Below, one piece after another: positions 8,582-13,611 of a DNA stretch of 13,698 bases. The DNA is from Patescibacteria group bacterium. Its GTDB lineage: Bacteria > Patescibacteriota > Minisyncoccia > Phycocordibacterales > JBBUBG01. A program made the translations under genes and the position numbers. The number at the start of each line of letters is the position of its first letter. The first letter of the stretch is position 1. The notes beneath the pieces were generated by a model. It was not told the origin of the DNA and did no database searches. It was given only the letters and a program-made list of their open reading frames with translations. The stretch spans positions 1-13,698 of the forward strand of contig JAZKIQ010000009.1 in the NCBI GenBank assembly GCA_040384765.1. The letters run 5' to 3'.

Positions 8582-9009
8582 AAATGAGCCTGCGTTCATG
8601 TGCCGCACTATTTCTTTCCGCGCTTTTCTTGCTTGGTCCTTCGCTCGCTCTTGCCCTTGAGCCGAACGCCCCGCTCTCTGGTGCGCCGGTAAATCTGCAG
8701 GCACCATGCGGCAATAGAGCGGGAGGTACTGGAGAAACGCGAGAGTGCACCGTTGCGGACTTCATCAATTTCGTTGGGAGTATCGTTCAGTTTTTGATTT
8801 TTCAGATCTCGATCCCTCTCGCGGTGCTCGCTTTTGTGGTGCTTGGCTTCCGACTGGTGGTGAGTCAAAACAAGCCGACCGTGTATGCTGAGACCAAAAA
8901 ATATCTGATGGACCTGGTGCTCGGTATTTTTCTCGTCGTCTCTGCGTACGCGATCGTATCGTTTATATACAGCTTTGTAGCGGAGCCGTACCGCATATTT
9001 TTTAGATAA
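8578..9009 (+). CDS. Pilin-like small membrane protein, paralog 1, resembling the VirB2/TrbC and T4SS-pilin family. It has a signal peptide and two TM helices
   Basis: A signal peptide, SCAALFLSALFLLGPSLALA, is followed by two hydrophobic helices, SIVQFLIFQISIPLAVLAFVVLGF and LVLGIFLVVSAYAIVSFIY. These are separated by a short polar loop (SQNKPTVYAETKK). The mature N-region has two Cys (PCG...ECT). It is translationally coupled to the upstream SBP-like gene. Confidence 0.55.
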   Translation: MKMSLRSCAALFLSALFLLGPSLALALEPNAPLSGAPVNLQAPCGNRAGGTGETRECTVADFINFVGSIVQFLIFQISIPLAVLAFVVLGFRLVVSQNKPTVYAETKKYLMDLVLGIFLVVSAYAIVSFIYSFVAEPYRIFFR

Positions 9010-9014
9010 TAGTA

Positions 9015-9374
9015 ATGAAAAAAAAGCATCTCCATGGTTTGGCTGGGGCAGCACTCGGATACCTCTTGTTTCCAGCGATTGTGTTTGCCCAGATCGTGAA
9101 CCCATTTAAGGGCGTCGAAAACCTCACCGGTCAGAATGGGCTTCTTGAAAAGCTGATCTCTATTGCTCTCCAGATCGGTATTCCGATCATGGTGCTTATG
9201 ATCATGTGGATTGGCTTTCAGTATGTGTGGGAGGCTTCAAAGGGCAAGGCGGCAAACCTGGCAACCATCCACAAAAATTTCCAATTCACGCTTCTTGGAG
9301 CGGCGCTTCTTCTTGGCGCCTATGTGATTCTTGAGATTTTGCAGAACACCTTTAGATCGCTTCAATCACGCTAA
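9015..9374 (+). CDS. Pilin-like small membrane protein, paralog 2, resembling the VirB2/TrbC and T4SS-pilin family
   Basis: It has a signal peptide with an AxA-type cleavage site (AIVFA|QIV). The helices are IALQIGIPIMVLMIMWIGFQYVW and FTLLGAALLLGAYVILEIL, separated by the loop EASKGKAANLATIHK. It starts 5 nt after paralog 1. Confidence 0.55.
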   Translation: MKKKHLHGLAGAALGYLLFPAIVFAQIVNPFKGVENLTGQNGLLEKLISIALQIGIPIMVLMIMWIGFQYVWEASKGKAANLATIHKNFQFTLLGAALLLGAYVILEILQNTFRSLQSR

Positions 9375-9378
9375 TATC

Positions 9379-9873
9379 ATGAAAAAACTGTTTTTTATAG
9401 TAAGTCTCGTCTTCTCGTTGCTTGCTCCTACTGCCATTGCAATGCCTGTGTATGCTGCACCTGGGGATGAATTTCAGAATGATCTTTTTACCAGCCAAAA
9501 TAGCCAAGGGACATACTACAAGGAGTTTACGCTAGGCTTGCAGCAGGGTGGCGGAGGATCCGGTGCTCGGGGCACCTGTGCTAGCTCGGGTGCCCGCATA
9601 CGGGATCTCAAAGGTCTCCTCTGTTATGCGCAGGACATCATCAACTACAACATCATTCCGCTCATTTTTGCGTACGCTCTGCTGATGTTCCTGTGGGGTG
9701 TCGTCTCGTATATCCAAAAGCCAGACCTCGCCGAGCAGGCAAAGCAGAAGATTTTATATGGGGTGTTCGGGCTCGCGGCAATGGTGTCTGTATGGGGATT
9801 GGTAAACCTGGTGGTGAGAACGTTCAATCTTGATAATACGCCTATTCGCGTCCAAGATATCCAGGTTCGCTAA
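9379..9873 (+). CDS. Pilin-like small membrane protein, paralog 3. The ORF track begins at 9331, but the Met at 9379 (MKKLFFIV...) is the likely start
   Basis: It has a signal peptide, MKKLFFIVSLVFSLLAPTAIAMPVYA|AP. A mature domain follows with a Gly-rich segment and two Cys. The TM helices are IIPLIFAYALLMFLWGVVSYIQKPD and ILYGVFGLAAMVSVWGLVNLVVRTF. The motifs YI(Q/R)KPD and VWGLVNLV are shared with paralog 4 at both the protein and nucleotide level. Confidence 0.55.
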   Translation: MKKLFFIVSLVFSLLAPTAIAMPVYAAPGDEFQNDLFTSQNSQGTYYKEFTLGLQQGGGGSGARGTCASSGARIRDLKGLLCYAQDIINYNIIPLIFAYALLMFLWGVVSYIQKPDLAEQAKQKILYGVFGLAAMVSVWGLVNLVVRTFNLDNTPIRVQDIQVR

Positions 9874-9994
9874 AACATTCTAGAAGCCCCATCTTCTTTG
9901 TTGTCTTCGTCAGGAAAAACCTCAACGTACCTTTAAAAGTACGTCTCAGCTTTTCCCTCCTAGCCGCCTCGAACCTGGGGCTTCTAGAATGTTT
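9873..9994 (+). repeat. Inverted-repeat element, copy C. It has perfect 20-bp terminal inverted repeats (aaaacattctagaagcccca / tggggcttctagaatgtttt) enclosing about 82 bp
   Basis: The left arm at 9873-9892 overlaps the last base of the TAA stop of pilin paralog 3. The right arm is at 9975-9994. The interior shares ctttgttgYcttcg with copy B, and the termini share a ttctaRaa core. Confidence 0.6.
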
Positions 9995-10004
9995 TGGTTG
10001 GGAT

Positions 10005-10046
10005 GATATCCACACTCGGGCAGCCCCTTAGGGCGGCCCGAGTGGT
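10005..10046 (+). other. Compound GC-rich hairpin: a 9-bp stem, CACTCGGGC/GCCCGAGTG, encloses a nested CCC-tta-GGG mini-hairpin, and the outer stem extends imperfectly. No U-tract follows
   Basis: cactcgggc at 10012-10020 pairs with gcccgagtg at 10034-10042. The flanks tgatatc/gtatca pair with one bulge. The hairpin lies between IR element C and the pilin paralog 4 start. Confidence 0.4.
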
Positions 10047-10085
10047 ATCATAAAGTAAATCGATTAACGCATATAAGCATTTTCC

Positions 10086-10460
10086 ATGAAAAATACGCTC
10101 ATTAGGTGGCTCTCTGTTCTCGGGATATTCTTCACCCCAGCATACGCATACGCTCAGTCATCGACCGGTGCCATCGGTATTATCGACCGCGTGCAGTTCA
10201 TCATGAACACTCGTGTAGTGCCGATCATTATCGGTATTGCGCTTATCTACTTTTTGCTCGGAGTGCTTGAGTATATTCGAAAGCCAGACGGTATCATTAG
10301 CGAAACGGCTCGTTCGCGGATGGTGTACGGACTCATCGGTCTTTTTGTGATGATCTCAGTATGGGGACTCGTAAATCTTGTTGGTGATACCTTTGGTATT
10401 CAGAGTGGAGGACAGGCTCCGATCCTTCCCATCGTCAACCCCAACAAACAAGGGATATAG
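10086..10460 (+). CDS. Pilin-like small membrane protein, paralog 4
   Basis: It has a signal peptide, LSVLGIFFTPAYAYA|QSS. The TM helices are VVPIIIGIALIYFLLGVLEYIRKPD and MVYGLIGLFVMISVWGLVNLVGDTFG. It is the closest paralog of gene 3. A TATAAG box ends about 8 nt before the ATG, and there is no SD. Confidence 0.55.
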   Translation: MKNTLIRWLSVLGIFFTPAYAYAQSSTGAIGIIDRVQFIMNTRVVPIIIGIALIYFLLGVLEYIRKPDGIISETARSRMVYGLIGLFVMISVWGLVNLVGDTFGIQSGGQAPILPIVNPNKQGI

Positions 10461-10462
10461 AG

Positions 10463-10572
10463 TTCTAAAATCCTCACCTGCTTTGTTGCTTCGCTCCGGG
10501 GCTCATTCACAAGGCAAGTTCGCCTTGCTCAATCGCTCCTCACTCGCGCCGCGCATCTGAGGATTTCTAGAA
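10463..10572 (+). repeat. Inverted-repeat element, copy B. Its 14-bp terminal stem (ttctaaaatcctca/tgaggatttctagaa) has one bulged C
   Basis: It starts 3 nt after the pilin paralog 4 stop and ends 26 nt before the paralog 5 ATG. With copy A it shares ctaaaatc, cctgctttgtYgc and cgcgcatc in the same order. The 4-nt segment adjacent to the shared termini is compensatorily changed relative to A. Confidence 0.6.
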
Positions 10573-10598
10573 TCTCTCTATAAAGCAACGTTTGTCCA

Positions 10599-10841
10599 AT
10601 GGTAAACCTGATCGACCGAATTAAGGAGAATATCCTCAACCCCATCATGGGGATCATGCTCACTGTTGCGCTCGTGGTGTTCTTGATGGGGATCTACCGA
10701 CTGTTTATTGCCAAGGATAACGAGGCGTTGGGTTCCCAGGGGCTTAAAAATGTGACGTGGGGTCTTGTGGGCTTTGCGATCATCGTGTCTGCTTACGGAA
10801 TTCTCAGTTTCGTGTGTGTGACCGTGACAGCGTGCTCGTAG
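10599..10841 (+). CDS. Pilin-like small membrane protein, paralog 5. It lacks an N-terminal signal peptide and may be truncated or degenerate
   Basis: It has two TM helices, IMGIMLTVALVVFLMGIYRLFIA and VTWGLVGFAIIVSAYGILSFV. Its C-terminal VSAYxIxSF is shared with paralog 1. No signal peptide is present, and no SD sits within normal distance. Confidence 0.45.
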   Translation: MVNLIDRIKENILNPIMGIMLTVALVVFLMGIYRLFIAKDNEALGSQGLKNVTWGLVGFAIIVSAYGILSFVCVTVTACS

Positions 10842-11057
10842 AAAAGTCTAGAGGATGTTTTAAAAGCCTAGATCCGAGGCTCAGCTGCGAATACTTGGAG
10901 CAGTTGAGGGCCGGAAGGAGCAGAGGCGACTGAGGCGGGGTCGAGAACTTTTTGAGTACAAAAAGATTCGTGACACGAGGAAGGAAAAGGTGAGCTGTAC
11001 ATAGGGTACAGTGAGCGTTTTCTGACCGAAGGTAACGACGGAGGTGGGCTTTTAAAA

Positions 11058-11103
11058 TATTCTCTAAAAAAGAAAAAGGGCGGTCACTTGTCAGTGACCG
11101 CCC
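11058..11103 (-). terminator. Rho-independent terminator for the minus-strand operon: an 11-bp perfect stem with a 4-nt loop, then an oligo-U tract on the minus-strand transcript
   Basis: gggcggtcact at 11078-11088 pairs perfectly with agtgaccgccc at 11093-11103. On the minus strand the hairpin is followed by TTTTTCTTTTTTAGAG, the complement of plus-strand 11061-11077. It lies 22 nt past the stop at 11125. Confidence 0.7.
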
Positions 11104-11124
11104 TTTGCCGTTGCGCAAGACGCG

Positions 11125-11970
11125 CTACGGTTTGATCTCGATTTCGAGAGTGGCCTCGTTTACAACGCGGCCAGCTTTCTCTTCGAAGAGATCACCTCGG
11201 TAGAGATTGGGGCGGACGAGGCGGAGGTTTACGAACCTGCCGCCGATCGTCTTTGTGCCATCTTCCGAGATGTGCCAGGTCCAGGTACCGTGTGCAGTGC
11301 CATCCGCCCATTCGAGGACGGTGAACTCGCGCGCACGGCTTTCCGGAGTTTCGGTTGCCTTCTCCTCGAGCTTCCACAGCACTCCGGCGTCGAGCGTGAA
11401 CTCGAACCGTTCGTAGCTTGTTGGCGCTATGCCGCGACTCCTTCTGTTTGGCAGGAGCCGGGCGGTTGCGCGTCCGGTTATCTTGCCAGGAGGAGGAAGT
11501 GTTTCGGGTGGAGCGGTCTCGATCGGTGTTTCCGCAGCGCTCGCTTCCGGAGAAGCGGGAGCCGTGGAGGGCACCTCGGTCGGCGAAGGAACGCTTGCCG
11601 ATGGCGCACTTGGAGAGCTCGGAGGTGGCGTTGCTGCTACCTTCGGACTCTCGGTTGGCTTCTGAGCTGCTGGCGATGCCGAGGGCTTCGCCGGGACACG
11701 CTTTGTGTACCAGGTGGCCTTCTTGGTGACTAGCCACCTCTTGTCGATCTCCCGCCAGAGCACTGTGGCGAGAAAGATGATGAGCAGCCCCACGAGCGGC
11801 GTCTTCCATGAGAGGAGAGCCGCAAGAATGGGATACTTCTCCTTGTCCTTGACGAGCGCTTCCGGATCGAGGCGCCACGAGTCGTGGCTCTCGATCGGAC
11901 TCTCGACATGGGGAGTGTACCCCGGGCTCGGGGCAGCTGCCGCCGGGTCCGGATTACTCGTTGTCGCCAT
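11125..11970 (-). CDS. Membrane-anchored protein with a long Pro/Ser/Thr/Ala-rich low-complexity linker and a beta-rich C-terminal domain of about 110 aa. It may be an NfeD-like partner of the upstream SPFH protein. The start is trimmed from the ORF-track 12054 to the ATG at 11970
   Basis: GGAGG (plus-strand cctcc at 11976-11980) lies 5 nt before the ATG at 11970-11968. There is one TM helix, YPILAALLSWKTPLVGLLIIFLATVLW. An approximately 85-aa linker follows, PAKPSASPAAQKPTESPKVAATPPPSSPSAPSASVPSPTEVPSTAPASPEASAAETP.... The C-terminal domain runs ERFEFTLDAGVLWKLEE...GRVVNEATLEIEIKP. The gene overlaps the upstream gene by 17 nt. Confidence 0.55.
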   Translation of the reverse strand: MATTSNPDPAAAAPSPGYTPHVESPIESHDSWRLDPEALVKDKEKYPILAALLSWKTPLVGLLIIFLATVLWREIDKRWLVTKKATWYTKRVPAKPSASPAAQKPTESPKVAATPPPSSPSAPSASVPSPTEVPSTAPASPEASAAETPIETAPPETLPPPGKITGRATARLLPNRRSRGIAPTSYERFEFTLDAGVLWKLEEKATETPESRAREFTVLEWADGTAHGTWTWHISEDGTKTIGGRFVNLRLVRPNLYRGDLFEEKAGRVVNEATLEIEIKP

Positions 11971-13480
11971 TCTGTCCTCCGTTCTGTTTCCGTTCCTTGT
12001 TGCGCTGCTGGCGGAGCTGCTTCTTGTTTGGCTTCCTGCCGGACCGCTTCCCATCTCGCGATGGAGGGCGATCCGCGCCTTCTTCGCCCATTGCAGCCTG
12101 CGCTCCTGCGAGCCCCGCCGTCAGGTCCTTCTGCTCCTCGGGAACAGTAGGACCGGCGTTGAAGCTTACATCGCGCACGGATGCGGTGATCCCGGTATCG
12201 GGATCTTCGGCAGCCGAAAGCTCGTATGCTTTCGTCGGGTCTACACCCTGTGCGACCAGCTCTTTGGCACGCGTGTTGGTGCCTTCGCGCTGGCGTTTGA
12301 GCTGCTTCTGCTGTGCCTCCTCTTGTGCTTCCTTGGCACGAGTAGCTTGCACTTCAGGAGAGGGCAGCACCGACTTGAGGGTGATCGAGTTCTCTTCCTT
12401 GGCGGATGAGAACTCGACCCCGTTCTCACGGATGAGCTCGTTGATCTTTTCTGCGGTTTTGCGCAGGAGATCAATGCACTTCGGTTCGCGCTTCACGATC
12501 TCGTCTTCGGTGAGCTTCTTGAAGCCTTCGCGGAGATTCTCGGTGAGAATTCCGCGGATGCGTTCGTGAAGCTCCTTGTACGGGATCTTGAGCACCTTGC
12601 GCCCATCCTCGACGTGAGTGAGGACGAATGCTTCGACCGTCAGGTAGAGGCCGTCGGCGCACTGAAACTTCTCAGACTTCGCCTGGCCCTTCTTCCCCTT
12701 TTCTTTTTCTGCGGGTGGGGGTTCTTCCCAGCTGACGTGTGTGATGTGCGACTTGGTGTTGACCACCACTACTCTAGTTGCCCCGTAGGGCAGCCAGAAG
12801 TAGAAGTACACGTGGAGGGGGAGTGCTGTTCCGAAGATCACTTCTCCGAGGAAGTAGTCTTCGGGTACGAAGCCGATGCTGCGGATTCCATACAGGATTC
12901 CGCCCCACCACACAAGTGCCCACACGATCCATGAAAACAGATCGAGCAGGAGCACGGGGTGATCGGAGAGGAAGCGGTTGGGGAGTGTTTCCCCGAGGAA
13001 CGAAGCGAGCCACGGCACCGTACAGGTGAGGTAGAGCACGAAGAGCGGCCACGTCCAGAGGAATCCGAAGATCTTCATCTTCGGATTCCAGTTGTGACCT
13101 CTCTCTGAGAGTGCCCAGAGCCACGCTGTTGTTCCGGCAAGGATGCCGATCGCAACGACGGTAGCTTCGAGCTGGAGTCCGGAGAGGCTGCACCAGAGTA
13201 TCGCCGCGATCGCGGCGGACAGGAAGAGCACTGCTCCCACCATCCGGACGATCGTTGCAATCGGCCCATCCTGCTTGGCTTCCGCTTCCCACCACGCCTT
13301 GAGGCGAGTGAAAAATCCTACCGAAGGCGGGGTGGCTGGCGTCGGTGCGTTCGGGTCCGTAGGTGGCAGGCTCGGATTTCTCCAAGATCGCCACACTTCG
13401 TGGATCTTCCACAGAGTCTGGCCCACGATCGCGATTGCCGCGATCGCAAACAGCACATCGAGAATTTTTTCCTTCTCCAA
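11954..13480 (-). CDS. Polytopic membrane protein fused to an SPFH/band-7 (stomatin/HflK-like) domain, with a basic disordered C-terminal tail. It uses a TTG start
   Basis: GGGAGG lies 7 nt upstream of TTG at 13480. The N-terminal ~250 aa contain about 6 Trp-rich hydrophobic helices. The region FQCADGLYLTVEAFVLTHVEDGRKVLKIPY...ELHERIRGILTENLREGF...NGVEFSSAKEENSITLKSVLPSPEVQATRAKEAQEEAQQKQ matches the SPFH core, including the conserved I.dI.pP.EV..A...A.RE..A segment. The tail is Lys/Arg/Gln-rich. Confidence 0.55.
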   Translation of the reverse strand: MEKEKILDVLFAIAAIAIVGQTLWKIHEVWRSWRNPSLPPTDPNAPTPATPPSVGFFTRLKAWWEAEAKQDGPIATIVRMVGAVLFLSAAIAAILWCSLSGLQLEATVVAIGILAGTTAWLWALSERGHNWNPKMKIFGFLWTWPLFVLYLTCTVPWLASFLGETLPNRFLSDHPVLLLDLFSWIVWALVWWGGILYGIRSIGFVPEDYFLGEVIFGTALPLHVYFYFWLPYGATRVVVVNTKSHITHVSWEEPPPAEKEKGKKGQAKSEKFQCADGLYLTVEAFVLTHVEDGRKVLKIPYKELHERIRGILTENLREGFKKLTEDEIVKREPKCIDLLRKTAEKINELIRENGVEFSSAKEENSITLKSVLPSPEVQATRAKEAQEEAQQKQLKRQREGTNTRAKELVAQGVDPTKAYELSAAEDPDTGITASVRDVSFNAGPTVPEEQKDLTAGLAGAQAAMGEEGADRPPSRDGKRSGRKPNKKQLRQQRNKERKQNGGQNGDNE

Positions 13481-13492
13481 CGGAGAACCTCC

Positions 13493-13508
13493 CTGTCTGC
13501 GTATGCAG
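13493..13508 (-). promoter_or_regulatory. Perfect 6-bp stem with a 4-nt loop (GTCTGC gtat GCAGAC) in the 5' UTR, immediately upstream of the SD of the SPFH-fusion gene
   Basis: gtctgcgtatgcagac at 13493-13508 is palindromic. It lies between the predicted TSS near 13577 and the GGGAGG SD. Confidence 0.3.
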
Positions 13509-13583
13509 ACGGTAACGGGAACATTGAAACGGTTTGCTTCTCTATTCGCTAGCTCACAAAGAGCTCTAAAAATTGCCGATTAT

Positions 13584-13611
13584 AATTATATCAGGAAATA
13601 GGCTTTTGTCA
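13584..13611 (-). promoter_or_regulatory. Near-consensus sigma70-type promoter on the minus strand: TTGACA, 16-nt spacer, TATAAT
   Basis: The minus strand reads ttgacaaaagcctatttcctgatataattataat. TTGACA is the complement of 13606-13611 and TATAAT the complement of 13584-13589. The leader to the TTG start at 13480 is about 97 nt. Confidence 0.5.

Noticed and set aside
9995-10085. Possible tRNA or tmRNA-like structure in the element C to pilin 4 spacer
   Set aside because: Only a single extended hairpin is present. There is no cloverleaf, and no T-loop (GTTCRANYC) or anticodon-arm features are recognisable.
5437-10572. Interpretation of the three inverted-repeat elements as integron attC sites, which would make the pilin genes integron cassettes
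   Set aside because: None of the copies has the attC core or inverse-core (GTTRRRY / RYYYAAC) at its ends. No extrahelical-base pattern is evident and no intI-like integrase is in the window. Copy A follows gyrA, which is not a cassette gene.
9873-10572. CRISPR array
   Set aside because: The repeats are 100+ bp inverted-repeat elements rather than short direct repeats with uniform spacers. The intervening segments are protein-coding genes, and no cas genes are present.
10804-11118. 104-aa minus-strand ORF spanning the purine-rich spacer
   Set aside because: It overlaps the 3' end of pilin paralog 5 and runs through the intrinsic terminator hairpin. It has no SD and a skewed composition (S, L, R, P), so it is unlikely to be coding.
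11192-12569. Multiple long ORFs in alternative frames and strands (11192..11878 -, 11705..12409 +, 11961..12569 +, 12241..12474 -) within the GC-rich block
   Set aside because: They are nested in or antisense to the two well-supported minus-strand genes and are Arg/Ser/Cys/Pro-rich, which is typical of spurious ORFs in high-GC DNA.
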